Part shown: positions 14,437-28,222 of the stretch, in pieces
Layout: every line of letters starts with the position of its first letter
How positions within the stretch are numbered: position 1 is the stretch's first letter
From: Convolutriloba macropyga
Taxonomy: Eukaryota
Reading direction: 5' to 3'
Length of the DNA: 64,000 bases
Assembly (NCBI RefSeq): GCF_964194025.1
Contig: NC_134468.1
Span: 20,088,001 to 20,152,000 of the forward strand
Translations under genes and position numbers: made by a program
The notes under the pieces: model-generated
Told to the model about the DNA's origin: nothing
The model's input: only the letters and a program-made list of their open reading frames with translations
Databases searched by the model: none

Positions 14437-17400
14437 TTGATATTCAGCGCACTCTGAAAAATGTGTGTTGTTTTATCGGATACTTCAAAATTTTATACTT
14501 AGAGCTAAAAATTTAGAGGTCTCCGATCTTAACATAATTGCAGAAAATCGAAAAGTTTTGCAAGTTTATGCGCAAATTGTTGTTCTTTTTTTCAGATTTT
14601 CACCTGTGACGTTTTCATCGAAGCATAGCTGCGGGCAACTTTATGTCCAATTTAACAACATATGGCTCTTCCTTTAAATGTCAGCAGATTAAGCAAAAAA
14701 ATATCACAGCAACATTGAAACGTGCAAATTTTAGGTACCAACTATAAATGAGAAAAATACGACCACATGGAGATTCGAACCAGCAATCTGATTCGAAGTC
14801 AGACCCCTTGTCCGTTAGGCTTTGCGGCCTTGAAGTTGACAGCAGTCTGAATAATCGTTGTCTTTTTTCGGATACTTCGAAATATATACTTAGAGCTGAA
14901 ATTTAGGGCTCCCCTTGTTGATCTGGAATTATTGAGAAAAATCTAAAAGTTTCCTCAAGCTTATTTTTAAATTGTTGCTCTCATCCTTAGTCAATTTACC
15001 TGTAAAGTCTGCAATTATGCATAATTTTGGGTAATTGTTTTTGCGTTTAACTATATATGGTTCTTTTCTTTTTTACTACTGTCAATGTCATATCAGCATG
15101 ATTGAAAAATGTTATAGCAACATTGTAACCTGCAAATTATAAATAGCCATTATAATGTTATATGTACGAGAAAATTTCAACTTTAGAGGGATTCAAACAC
15201 GTAATGTTTGGATTTGCCATCAAACGCCTTATACAATTGTCTATGCGCCCTTGATATTCAGCGCACTCTGAAAAATGTGTGTTGTTTTTTCGGATACTTC
15301 AAAATTATATACTTAGAGCTAAAAATTTAGAGGTCTCCGATCTCAAAATAATGGAAGAAAATCGAAAAGTTTTGCAAGTTTATGCGCAAATTGTTGTTCT
15401 TTTTTTCAGATTTTCACCTGTGACGTTTTCACCGAAGCATAACTGCGGGCAACTTTATGTCCAATTTAACACCATATGGCTCTTCCTTTAAATGTCAGCA
15501 GATTAAGCAAAAAATATCACAGCAACATTGAAACGTGCAAATTATAGGTACCAACTATAAATGAGAAAAATACGACCACATAGGGATTCGAAACAGCAAT
15601 CTGATTCGAAGTCAGACCCCTTGTCCGTTAGGCTTTGCGGCCTTGAAGTTGACAGCAATCTGAATAATCGTTGTATTTTTTTGGATACTTCAAAATATAT
15701 ACTTAGAGCTGAAATTTAGGGCTCCCCTTGTTGATCTGGAATTATTGAGAAAAATCTAAACGTTTCCTCAGGCTTATTTGTAAATTGTTGCTCTCATCCT
15801 TAGTCAATTTACCTGTAAAGTCTGCAATTATGCATAATTTTGGGTAACTTTTTTTCCGTTTAACTATATATGGTTCTTTTCTTTTGTACTACTGTCAATG
15901 TCATATCAGCATGATTGAAAAATGTTATAGCAACATTGTAACCTGCAAGTTATAAATAGCCATTATAATGTTACATGTACGAGAAAAATTCGACTTTAGA
16001 GGAATTCAAACACGCAATGTTGGGATTTACCAACAAACGCCTTATACAATTGTCTATGCGCCCTTAATATTCAGCGCACTCTGAAAAATGTGTGTTGTTT
16101 TTTCGGATACTTCAAAATTATATACTGAAAGCTAAAAATATAGAGATCTCCGTATTGATCTTAAAATAAGGGCAAAGTTTATGCAAGTTTATGTGCAACT
16201 TGTTGTTCTTTTTTTCAGAGTTTCACCTGTGACGTTTGCACCGAAGCATAACTGCAGGCAACTTTATGTCCAATTTAAAATTATATGGCTCTTCCTGTAA
16301 ATGTCAGCAGATTAAGCAAAAAATATCACAGCAACTTTGAAACGTGCAAATTATAGGTAGCAACTATAAATGAGAAAGTACGACCGCATAAGGATTAGAA
16401 CCACCAAACTTCTGATTCGAAGTCAGACCCCCGATCTGTTAGGCTTTGCGGCCTTAAGGTTGACAGCACTTTGAGTAATCCTTGTCTTTTTTTCGTATAC
16501 TTCAAAATATACACTTAGAGCTGAAAATTATGGCTCTCCGTGTTGATCTGGAAATATTGAGGAAAAATTAAAAATTTCTGCTAGCTTATTTGCAAATTGT
16601 TGCTCTCATCTTTAATCAATTTACCTGTAACGTCTGCAATTATGCATAATTGTGGGTTACTTTATTTTCACTTCAACTATATATGGTTCTTTTCCTTTGT
16701 ACTACTGTCAATGTCATAGCAGCATGATTGAAAAATGTTATAGCAACATTGTAACCTGCAAATTATGAAGAGCCATTATATTGTTATATGTACGAGAAAA
16801 TTTAAACTTTAGAGGGATTCAAACACGTAATGGTTGGATTTGCCATCAAACGCCTTATACAATTGTCTATGCGCCCTTGATATTCAGCGCACTGTGAAAA
16901 ATGTGTGTTGTTTTTTCGGATACTTCAAAATTATATACTTAGAGCTAAAAATTTAGAGGTCTCCGATCTCAAAATAATGGCAGAAAATCGAAAAGTTTTG
17001 CAAGTTTATGCGCAAATTGTTGTTCTTTTTTCAGATTTTCACCTGTGACGTTTTCACCGAAGCATAACTGCGGGCAATTTTATGTCCAATTTAACAACAT
17101 ATGGCTCTTCCTTTAAATGTCAGCAGATTAAGCAAAAAATATCACAGCAACATTGAAACGTGCAAATTATAGGTACCAACTATAAATGAGAAAAATACGA
17201 CCACATAGGGATTCGAAACAGCAATCTGATTCGAAGTCAGACCCCTTGTCCGTTAGGCTTTGCGGCCTTGAAGTTGACAGCAATCTGAATAATCGTTGTA
17301 TTTTTTCGGATACTTCAAAATATATACTTAGAGCTGAAATTTAGGGCTCCCCTTGTTGATCTGGAATTATTGAGAAAAATCTAAAAGTTTCCTCAAGCTT

Positions 17401-20400
17401 ATTTGTAAATTGTTGCTCTCATCCTTAGTCATTTTACCTGTAAAGTCTGCAATTATGCATAATTTTGGGTAACTTTTTTTCCGTTTAACTATATATGGTT
17501 CTTTTCTTTTGTACTACTGTCAATGTCATATCAGCATGATTGAAAAATGTTATAGCAACATTGTAACCTGCAAATTATAAATAGCCATTATAATGTTACA
17601 TGTACGAGAAAAATTCGACTTTAGAGGAATTCAAACGCGCAATGTTGGGATTTACCAACAAACGCCCTATACATTTGTCTATGCGCCCTTAATATTCAGC
17701 GCACTCTGAAAATTGTGTGTTGTTTTTTCGGATACTTCAAAATTATATACTGAAAGCTAAAAATATAGAGATCTCCGTATTGATCTTAAAATAAGGGCAA
17801 AGTTTATGCAAGTTTATGTGCAACTTGTTGTTCTTTTTTTCAGAGTTTCACCTGTGACGTTTGCACCGAAGCATAACTGCAGGCAACTTTATGTCCAATT
17901 TAAAATTATATGGCTCTTCCTGTAAATGTCAGCAGATTAAGCAAAAAATATCACAGCAACATTGAAACGTGCAAATTATAGGTAGCAACTATAAATGAGA
18001 AAGTACGACCGCATAAGGCTTAGAACCACCAAACTTCTGATTCGAAGTCAGACCCCCGATCTGTTAGGCTTTGCGGCCTTAAGGTTGACAGCACTTTGAG
18101 TAATCTTTGTCTTTTTTTCGTATACTTCAAAATATACACTTAGAGCTGAAAAATATGGCTCTCCATGTTGATCTGGAAATATTGAGGAAAAATTAAAAAT
18201 TTCTGCTAGCTTATTTGCAAATTGTTGCTCTCATCTTTAATCAATTTACCTGTAACGTCTGCAATTATGCATAATTGTGGGTAACTTTATTTTCAGTTCA
18301 ACTATATATGGTTCTTTTCCTTTGTACTACTGTCAATGTCATAGCAGCATGATTGAAAAATATTATAGCAACATTGTAACTTGCAATTTATAAATAGCCA
18401 TTATAATGTTATATGTACGAGAAAAGTTCGACTTTTGAGGGATACAAACACGCAATGTTTGGATTTGCCAACAAAACGCCTAATACAATTGTCTATGCGC
18501 CCTTGATATTCAGCGCACGCTGAAAAATGTGTGGTTTTTTCGGATACTTCAAAATTATATACTTAGAGCTAAAAATATAGAGGTCTCCGTATTGATCTTA
18601 AAATAATGGCAGAAAATCAAAAAGTTTTGCAAGTTTATGCGCAAATTGTTGCTCTCATTCTTTTTCAGAGTTTCACCTGTAACGTTTGCACCGAACCATA
18701 ATTGCGGATAACTTTATCTCCAATTTAACAATATATGGCTCTTTTCCAGGAAACGTCATAGCCGCTTAAGCAAAAATATCACAGCAACATTGAAACGTGC
18801 AAATAATTGGTAGCAACTATAAATGAGAAGGGTACGACCACATAGGGATTCGAACCCCCAGTCTAATTCGAAGTCATACCCCTTATCCGTTATGCTTTGC
18901 GGCCTTGAAGTTGACAGCACTCTGAATAATCTTTGTCGTTTTTCGGATACCTCAAAATATGTACTTAGAGCTAAATTTTAGGGCTCCCCGTGTTGATCTG
19001 GAATTATTGAGAAAAAACTTAAAATTTCTGCAAGTGTATTCGCAAATTTTTGCTCTCATCCTTCATCAATTTACCTGTAACGTCTGCAATTATGCTTAAT
19101 TTTGGTTAACTTTATTTTCAGTTTAACTATATATGGTTCTTTTCCTTTGTACTACTGTCAATGTCATAGCAGCATGATTGAAAAATGTTATAGCAAAATT
19201 AAAACCTGCAAAATTATATACTTAGAGATAAAAATATAGAGGTCTGCGTTTTGAACTTGAATTATTGGCAGAAAATCAATAATTTTTGCGAATTTATTTG
19301 CAAATAGTTGCTCTTTTTCTTTTTCAGAGTTTCACCTGTAACGTTTGCACAAAAGCATAATTGCGGGTAACTTTTTGTCCAATTTAACAATATATGGCTC
19401 TCTTCCTTTGTAATTCTGTAACTGTCATAGTAGCTTAAGCAAAATATATCATAGCAACATTGTACCACGCAATTTATAGGTAGCAAATATAAATAAGAAA
19501 AGTACGGCCACAGATGTATTCGAATCCCCAATCTTCCTATTCGAAATCAGACGCTGTATCCGTTCGACTATGCGTCCTTGAAGTTGACAGCACTCTGAAA
19601 AATGTTTGTCTTTTTGTTCGGATACTTAAAAATATATACTCACAGTTAAAAATTAAGGCTCTCTGTATTGATATGGAAATATTGACAAAAACTGCAAATT
19701 TTTGCAAGTTCATCCACCAGTTGTTGCTCTTCAATCGATATACCTGTAACGTCAATATCTTTAATCAATATACCTGTAACGTCTGCACTTATGAATAGTT
19801 GCGGGTAATTTTCTTTTCAGTTCAACTATGGTTCTTTTCCTTTGTAGTATTGTCAATGTTATTTGTACGTGAAAAATTCGACTTTAGAGGTATTCAAACA
19901 CGCAATGTTTGGATTTGCCAACAAACGCCTTATACAATTGTATATGCGTTCTTGATATTCAGCGCACTCTGAAAAATGTGTGTTGTTTTTTCGGATGCTT
20001 CAAAATTATATACTTAGAGCTAAAAAAAATAGAGGTCTCCGTATTGATCTTGAAAATTGGCTGAATGTCAATAAGTTTTGAAATTTTATGCGCAAATTGT
20101 TGATCATGTTCAGAAGTTCACCTGTAACGTTTCCACTGAACTATAATTGCGGGTAACTTTATGTCCAATATAACAGTATTTGGCTCTTGTCATTTGTAAC
20201 TCTGTAAATGTCATAACAGCTTAAGCAAAAGCAACACAGACACATGCATACTATCCGTTGCAATTCTAAATGAGAAAAGTACGACACGACCCCAGAGGAA
20301 TTCCAACCCCCAATCTTCTGGTTCGAAGTCAGACACCTTATCCTTTAGACTATTCGGCCTAGAAGTTGATAGCACTCTGAAATTTTTTTCGGATACTTCA

Positions 20401-21738
20401 AAACGTAAATTTAGAGCTGAAAATTAGGGCTCTCTTTGTTGATCTGGAAATATTGAGAAAAAACTTCAAATTTCTTCAAGCTTATCCGCAAAGTGTTGCT
20501 CTCATCCTGAATCAATTTACCTGTAACATCTGCACTTATGCATAATTGCGGGTAACTTTACTTTCAGTTTAACTAAATATGTTTCTTTTCCTTTGTATTA
20601 CTGTCATTGTCATAGCAGCATGATTGAAAAGTGTAATAGCAACATTGTAACAAGCAAATTATATGTAGCAACTATAACGTTATGTGTACGAGAAAATTCG
20701 ACAAAAAGAGAGATTTGAACGACCAATGTTCGGGTTTGCAATCAAAGGCCTTAAACGTTTGGGTATGCGGTCCTGATGTTCAGCTGACTTGGAGAAATGT
20801 GTGTCGTTTTGTCGGATACTTTAAAATTATATGCTTAGAGCTAAAAATATAGAGGTCTTCGTTTTGATCTTGAATTATTGGCAGAAAATCAATAAGTTTT
20901 GCAAGTTTGTTCGCAAATTATTGCTTTTTTTCAGAGTTTCACCTGTAACGTTTGCTCCGAAGCATAAATGCGGGTAACTTTATGTCAATTTTAACAACAT
21001 ATAGCTCTTTTCCTCTGTAATTCTATAAATGTTATAGCAGCTTACGCAAAATATATCATAGCATTATTGTAACATGCAAATTATTTGTAGGAACTATGAA
21101 TCAGAAAAGGACGACGATAGACAGATTCGAACCTCCAAACTTTTGATTCGAAGTCAGACGCTTTATGCGCTCGACTATGCGTCCTTGAAATTAAGAGCAG
21201 ATATTGACAAAGAACTAATTGTTTTTGCAAATTTATCCGCAAATTGTTGTTTTTATCCTTAATCAATTTACCTCTACGGTCTGCACTTATGCATAGTTGC
21301 GGGTAACTTTCTTTTCAGTTTAACTAAATATGGTTTTTTCCCTTTGTGCTACTGTCAATGTCATAGCAGCATGGTTGAAAAAGGTCATAGCAACATTGTA
21401 ACAGGCAAATTATAAATAGCCATTATAATGTTATATGTACGAGAAAATTTCAACTTTAGAGGGATTCAAACACGTAATGTTTGGATTTGCCATCAAACGC
21501 CTTATACAATTGTCTATGCGCCCTTGATATTCAGCGCACTCTGAAAAATGTGTGTTGTTTTATCGGATACTTCAAAATTTTATACTTAGAGCTAAAAATT
21601 TAGAGGTCTCCGATCTTAACATAATTGCAGAAAATCGAAAAGTTTTGCAAGTTTATGCGCAAATTGTTGTTCTTTTTTTCAGATTTTCACCTGTGACGTT
21701 TTCATCGAAGCAACATGATGAAGATCTCATGATGAAGC

Positions 21739-21994
21739 AAATGACAAGATCTCTTAACATTTTGGATCAATGACCTTTTGGCAACATTTTTCGGTCAATG
21801 AACTTTGTAACATTTTTGTGTCGTGACCTATTAGAAACATTAATCGGTCAATGACCTTAAAGCACACTTTTTCGGTCACTAACCCCCATTAGGCAACCAC
21901 TTAACCGTGCTCTTCGGTAGCACTGTTAAAACATGCTGCTCAATGATGACTCTAAAACATGCCGCCATATGTATTCACGCGATTAATATATAGA
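21739..21994 (-). mobile_element. Duplicated 5'-terminal ~256-bp fragment of the same Helitron-like element
   Basis: aaatgacaagatctc...gattaatatataga appears identical to 24980-25235 and has the same array flank. Confidence 0.88.
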
Positions 21995-22844
21995 TGTTAT
22001 GTGTACGAGAAAAGTGTGACAAAAGAGAGATTTGAACACCCAATGTTGGGATTCGCAGTCAAAGGCCTTATAGCTTTGGCTATGAGGCCCTGTTTTTCAG
22101 CGCATTTTGAAAATTGTATCGTTTTGACGGATACTTCAATATTATATACTCAGAGCTAAAAAAATATAGAGGTCTTCGTTTTGATCTTGAATTATTGGCA
22201 GAAAATCAATAAGTTTTGCAAGTTGGTTCGAAAATTGTTGCTTTTTTTCTCTTTCCGAGTTTCACCTGTGACGTTTGCACCGAAGCAAAAATGCGGGTAA
22301 CTTTTTGTCCAATTTAACAATATATGGCTCTTTTCCTTTGTAATTCTTCAAATGTTATTGCAGCTTAAGCAAAATAGATCATAGCATTATTGTAACATGC
22401 GAAATATATGTAGCAAATATGAATCATAGAAGTACGACCATAGACAGATTTGAACCTCCAAATTTTTGATTGGAAGTCAGACGCCTTATCCGTTTGACTA
22501 TGCGTCCTTGAAATTAACAGCACTCCGAATAATGTTTGTCTTTTTTTCGTATACTTGAAATTTTATATTTAGAGCTAAAAATTGAAGGTCTTCGTATTGA
22601 TATGGAAATATTGACAAAAAACTGTAAATTTCTGCAAGTTTATCCTCAAATTCTTCCTCATCCTTAATCAATTTACCGTTTACGTCTGCACTTATGCATT
22701 ATTGAGGGTAAATTTGTTTTCAGTTTAACTATATATGGTTCTTTTCTTTTGTAACTCTGTAAATGTCATAGCAGCTTGAGCAAAGGTATCGTAGCAACAT
22801 TGTTACATGCAAATTATAGATTGCGGTTTTAAATGAGAAAAGTA

Positions 22845-22917
22845 CGACCAGAGAGGGATTCGAACCCCCAATCTTCTGATTCGAAGTCAGACGCCTTATC
22901 CGTTAGGCTATGCGGCC
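22845..22917 (-). tRNA. tRNA-Arg-TCG: tRNA-Arg(UCG), near-intact (one acceptor-stem mismatch)
   Basis: Consensus except cgaccaGagaggg, which gives a C:C mismatch in the acceptor stem. Confidence 0.75.
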
Positions 22918-23833
22918 GTGAAGTTGACAGCACTCTGAAAATTGTTTGTCTTTTTTTCGGATACTTCAAAATATATACATAGAGCTAAAAATTAGGGGTC
23001 ACCTTGGTGATCTGGAAATATTGAAAAAGAATACAATTTTTTGCAGATTTAAACGCAAATTGTTGTTTTCGTCCGAAATCAATTTACCTGTATCGTCTGC
23101 CCTTATGCATAGTTGCGGGTAACTTTCTTTTCAGTTTAACTATATATTGTTTTTTCTCTTTGTGCTACTGTCAATTTCATAGCAGCATGGTTGAAAAATG
23201 CTATAGCAACATTGTAACAAGCAAATTATAAGTATCAACTATAACTAGCAGGTCCGTAAAGGCTATCTGAAGGCATTCTATCTTGAAACTTGAACAATTG
23301 ATAGTCTCATAGAAAACTGATGTACATGCGACAGTTTTGATGATTTTTTGCAAACTAATATGGGCGCACCAAAAAAAATGAAGAGAGCCAAATATGTCAA
23401 AAAAGGGTTTTATGCGAGCTAGGAGTAATAGACGTTCTCACAGAGCATTAAAAAATCAAAACAGATAGGAAGACGTATAAAGAGGGAGAGAAAGATATCG
23501 ATAGCAGCAGAAATATATAATTAGTCGGAGAGGAAATAGATTTAAAAATACGAAAAACCCGAAAGCCAAACAAGAAAAGGTTGAAAGCAGAGAAGGAAAA
23601 CAGAGAAAAAACGAGTCTGGGAGAAAGCCCACGGGAGCGAAAAAAAGGGGAATTAACGAGAAAAGTAGGAAAACTCGAACATGATGAGAGGAAAACACAG
23701 AAAGAATACAATACAACAGAAGCCATAAGAACATCAGGAACCCACTGAAAGAAAACCGATGGGAAACAAAAAACTGAATCAGAAACAGACTATAAAAAGA
23801 GAAGAAGAAGTTAGCAAACAACTGAGAATAGAA

Positions 23834-23840
<7 letters not shown>

Positions 23841-23868
<28 letters not shown>
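23841..23868 (+). repeat. (GA)14 microsatellite within a purine-rich tract (~23440-24160) of the Helitron-like element
   Basis: Direct reading. Confidence 0.95.
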
Positions 23869-23874
<6 letters not shown>

Positions 23875-24649
23875 GAAAAAGTGAACATAAGAACGCAAGA
23901 AAAAAAACAAAAGCGATAGAATGAAGGAAAATGGGACAGCAAAAAGAAAGAAGCTTCAATCATGAGAGAGAAATTACAAGAACAGCGAGATAGTGAGCAA
24001 GCGCAAAGCAAAAATTTTATTGCTAAAAGAAAATATCACAGTTAGAGAAAACACTTGAAGAGCAGAAATAGAAAATCGAAAAACAGAAAGAAAATTAGAG
24101 AAAGGAACAGGAGAGGGAGAGATACAACAGTTCGAAAGATAAGAGAAAACAGGTGCTGGGTGAGACAATGAATTCCAGTTCTCATAAAAAGGATTAAAGT
24201 GCTAATGAGAACACGATGAATGTGCCCAAAAAGAGGAATGTGCTGATAAATAGGAATCGTTGGCAAGACTTTGCGAATGCTTTTACGAAGATAACAAACG
24301 CAGACCTGAGTTAAAGGGCTGGCTAATGCAACCAACAAAATTTTCCTCGAAAAAATTAAAGAAGGAAAATTATATACCTATCATGTTTTGTATAAAATAG
24401 ATTATTAGTAACCGCCTTCAATATGAAAAAGTTCTCTACTGAGTGCTAAAAAAGTTTGTATTTTTTTCAAGACCTCAGTTTTGTCATATATAATTTTTTG
24501 GCACCTAACTGTGGTTATTGCAGCGGCACCTTTTGGGTCTTTAACAGTCCACCAATTTTGTTCCATGGATTCTTCTGTATCAAATAGCTTTCGTACAGTG
24601 AAACTTTGACAAAACAAATTTTCATCATGCAACTATTAATCCTTGACGT

Positions 24650-25130
24650 TTTCAGTGAGTGACTTTTCCTTCACACAATTTTCAGGACAACCTTTTTTTC
24701 ATCAACAATTTTTTTAAAACGATGTACGAAAAACAATGTTTTTTTTCGGTCATAAACTCTCTTTGTCTTGACACAATTTCGATCATTTACTTTTTCAGTA
24801 TCAGAAACTTTTTGGTCACAGACCGTTTTGGGAAGACGTTTTTGGTCACAGACCTGTTTCTGAACAACTAATTGGCTAATGATTTTTTCGACACTATTTT
24901 TCGTGTTTACTGAAACACCGATTATTGTTTTTCCTTAACAAATTTTGGCAACAGGCTTTTTCTCAAAGCATTTTTCGGTAAATGACAAGATCTCTTAACA
25001 TTTTGGATCAATGACCTTTTGGCAACATTTTTCGGTCAATGAACTTTGTAACATTTTTGTGTCGTGACCTATTAGAAACATTAATCGGTCAATGACCTTA
25101 AAGCACACTTTTTCGGTCACTAACCCCCAT
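24650..25130 (+). repeat. Degenerate ~30-bp internal repeats with core ttttcggtcaatgacc in the Helitron-like element
   Basis: Recurrent ttttcggtcata, ttttggtcacagacc (x2), ttttcggtaaatgac, ttttggatcaatgacc, ttttcggtcaatgaac, tcggtcaatgacc, ttttcggtcactaacc. Confidence 0.7.
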
Positions 25131-26084
25131 TAGGCAACCACTTAACCGTGCTCTTCGGTAGCACTGTTAAAACATGCTGCTCAATGATGACTCTAAAACA
25201 TGCCGCCATATGTATTCACGCGATTAATATATAGATGTTATGTGTACGAGAAAAGTGTGACAAAAGAGAGATTTGAACACCCAATGTTGGGATTCGCAGT
25301 CAAAGGCCTTATACCTTTGGCTATGTGGCCTTGTTTTTCAGCGCACTTTGAAAATTGTGTTGTTTTGACGGATAGTTTATTATTATATACTTAGAGCTAA
25401 AAATATAGAGGTCTTCGTTTTGATCTTGAATTATTGGCAGAAAATCAATAAGTTTTGCAAGTTTGTTCGCAAATTGTTGATTTTTTTCTTTTTCAGAGTT
25501 TCACTTGTAACGTTTGCACCAAAGCAAAACTGCGGTAACTTTTTGCCCAATTTAACAATATTTGGCTCTTTTCCTTTGTAATTCTTCAAATGTTATAGCA
25601 GCTTAAGCAAAATATATCATAGCATTATTGTATCATGCAAATTATATGTAGCAATTATGAATCAGAAAAGTACGACAATAGGCAGATCCGAACCTCCAAA
25701 TTTTTGATTGGAAGTCAGACGCCTTATCCGTTTGACTATGCGTCCTTGAAATTAACAGCACTCCGAATAATGTTTGTCTTTTTTTCGTATACTTGAAATT
25801 TTATATTTAGAGCTAAAAATTGAAGGTCTTCGTATTGATATGGAAATATTGACAAAAAACTGTAAATTTCTGCAAGTTTATCAGCAAATTCTTCCTCATC
25901 CTTAATCAATTTACCTGTTACGTCTGCACTTATGCATAATTGCGGGTATATTTGTTTTCAGTTTAACTATATATATGGTTCTTTTCTTTTGTAACTCTGT
26001 AAATGTCATAGCAGCTTAAGCAAAGGTATTGTATCAACATTGTTACATGCAAATTATAGGTTGCAGTTTTAAATGAGAAAAGTA

Positions 26085-26157
26085 CGCCCACAGAGGGATT
26101 CGAACCCCCAATCTTCTGATTCGAAGTCAGACGCCTTATCCGTTAGGCTATGCGACC
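26085..26157 (-). tRNA. tRNA-Arg(UCG) variant with acceptor-stem substitutions
   Basis: Core is consensus; the ends read GGTCGCA...TGTGGGCG. Confidence 0.65.
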
Positions 26158-27316
26158 TTGAAGTTGACAGCACTCTGAAAATTGTTTGTCTTTTTTTTCG
26201 GATACTTCAAAATATATACTTAGAGCTAAAAACTAGGGGTCACCTGGTTGATCTGGAAATATAGACAAAGAACTAACATTTTTTTGCAAATTTATCCCCA
26301 AATTGTTGCCTTCATCCTTAATCAATTTACCTGTTACGTCTGCACTTATGCATAATTGCGGGTAAATTTGTTTTCAGTTTAAATAAATATGGTTCTTTTC
26401 TTTTGTAACTCTGTAAATGTCATAGCAGCGTAAGCAAAGGTATCGTAGCAACATTGTTGCATGCAAATTATAAGTTGCAGATTTAAATGAGAAAAGTTCG
26501 ACCACAGAGGGATTCGAACCCCCAATCTTCTGATTCGAAGTCAAACGCCCTATCCGTTCGGCTTTGCGGCCGTGAAGTTGACAGCACTCTGAAAATTGTT
26601 TGTCTTTTTTTCGAATACTGCAAAATGTATACTTAGAGCTAAAAATTAGGGGTCACCTTGTGGATCTGGAAATATTGACAAAGAACTAACATTTTTTTGC
26701 AAATTTATCCGCAAATTGTTGCTTTCATCCTTAATCATTTTACCTGTTAGGTCTGCACTTATGCATAATTGCGGGTAAATTTGTTTGCAGTTTAAATATA
26801 TATGGTTCTTTTCTTTTGTAACTCTGTAAATGTCATAGCAGCTTGAGCAAAGGTATCGTAGCAACATTGTTACATGCAAATTATAGGTTGCACTTTTACA
26901 TGAGAAAAGTACGACCACAGAGGGATTCGAACCCACAATCTTCTGATTCGGAGTCATTCGCCTTATTCGTTAGGCTATGCGCCCTTAAAGTTGACAGCAC
27001 TCTGAAAAAAGGTTGTCTTTTTTTTCGGATACTTCAAAATGTATACTTAGAACTAAAAACTAGGGGTCACCTTGTTGATCTGGAAATATTGACAGAGAAC
27101 TAAAATTTTTGCAAATTTATCCGCAAATTGTTGCTTTCATCCTTAATCAATTTACATGTTACGTCTGCACTTATGCATAATTGCGGGTAAATTTGTTTGC
27201 AGTTTAAATATATATGGTTCTTTTCTTTTGTAACTCTGTAAATGTCATAGCAGCTTAAGCAAAGGTATCGTAGAAACATTGTTACATGCAAATTATAGGT
27301 TGCAGTTTTAAATGAG

Positions 27317-27320
27317 AAAA
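27317..27320 (-). terminator. RNA polymerase III T-tract terminator (representative; present in most units)
   Basis: Plus-strand gagaaaagta precedes the tRNA, which is TTTT three bases after the discriminator on the minus strand. Confidence 0.7.
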
Positions 27321-27323
27321 GTA

Positions 27324-27396
27324 CGACCACAGAGGGATTCGAACCCCCAATCTTCTGATTCGAAGTCAGACGCCTTATCCGTTAGGCTATGCGGCC
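27324..27396 (-). tRNA. tRNA-Arg-TCG: tRNA-Arg(UCG), intact consensus copy
   Basis: Reverse complement GGCCGCA TA GCCT AACGGATA AGGC G TCTGA CTTCGAA TCAGA AGATT GGGGG TTCGAAT CCCTC TGTGGTC G gives a 73-nt cloverleaf with all four stems paired. Anticodon TCG, A and B boxes present, no encoded CCA, TTTT just downstream. Confidence 0.95.
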
Positions 27397-27736
27397 GTGA
27401 AGTTGACAGCACTCTGAAAATTGTTTGTCTTTTTTTTCGGATACTTCAAAATGTATACTTAGAACTAAAAACTAGGGGTCACCTTGTTGATCTGGAAATA
27501 TTGACAGAGAACTAAAATTTCTTGCAAATTTATCCGCAAATTGTTGCTTTCATCCTTAATCAATTTACATGTTACGTCTGCACTTATGCATAATTGCGGG
27601 TAAATTTGTTTTCAGTTTAAATATATATGGTTCTTTTCTTTTGTAACTCTGTAAATGTCATAGCAGCTTAAGCAAAGGTATCGTAGCAACATTGTTACAT
27701 GCAAATTATAAGTTGCAGTTTTAAATGAGAAAATTT

Positions 27737-27809
27737 CGACCACAGAGGGATTCGAACCCCCAATCTTCTGATTCGAAGTCAGACGCCTTATCCGTTAGGC
27801 TATGCGGCC
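27737..27809 (-). tRNA. tRNA-Arg-TCG: tRNA-Arg(UCG), intact consensus copy
   Basis: Identical to the 27324 copy, 413 bp away. Confidence 0.95.
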
Positions 27810-28149
27810 GTGAAGTTGACAGCACTCTGAAAATTGTTTGTCTTTTTTTTCGGATACTTCAAAATGTATACTTAGAGCTAAAAACTAGGGGTCACCTTGT
27901 TGATCTGGAAATATTGACAGAGAACTAAAATTTCTTGCAAATTTATCAGCAAATTGTTGCTTTCATCCTTAATCAATATACATGTTACGTCTGCACTTAT
28001 GCATAATTGCGGGTAAATTTGTTTTCAGTTTAAATATATATGGTTCTTTTCTTTTGTAACTCTGTAAATATCACAGCAGCTTAAGCAAAGGTATCGTAGC
28101 AACATTGTTACATGCAAATTATAAGTTGCAGTTTTAAATGAGAAAAGTT

Positions 28150-28222
28150 CGACCACAGAGGGATTCGAACCCCCAATCTTCTGATTCGAAGTCAGACGCC
28201 TTATCCGTTAGGCTATGCGGCC
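28150..28222 (-). tRNA. tRNA-Arg-TCG: tRNA-Arg(UCG), intact consensus copy
   Basis: Identical to the 27324 copy; 413-bp period. Confidence 0.95.

Larger units (their letters stand above)
23245..25235 (-). mobile_element. Non-autonomous Helitron-like element (1,991 bp) inserted in an array unit
   Basis: Removing 23245-25235 restores the spacer consensus caactataA|Tgttatgtgtacgag. The minus strand starts TCTATATATTAA and ends CTAG, with an A|T target and no TSD. No RepHel ORF. The expected 3' hairpin is not clearly recognisable. Confidence 0.85.

Noticed and set aside
23448-24338. Overlapping Phe/Leu/Ser-rich minus-strand ORFs up to 167 aa resembling membrane proteins
   Set aside because: They result from the reverse complement of a purine-rich low-complexity tract that lacks stop codons.
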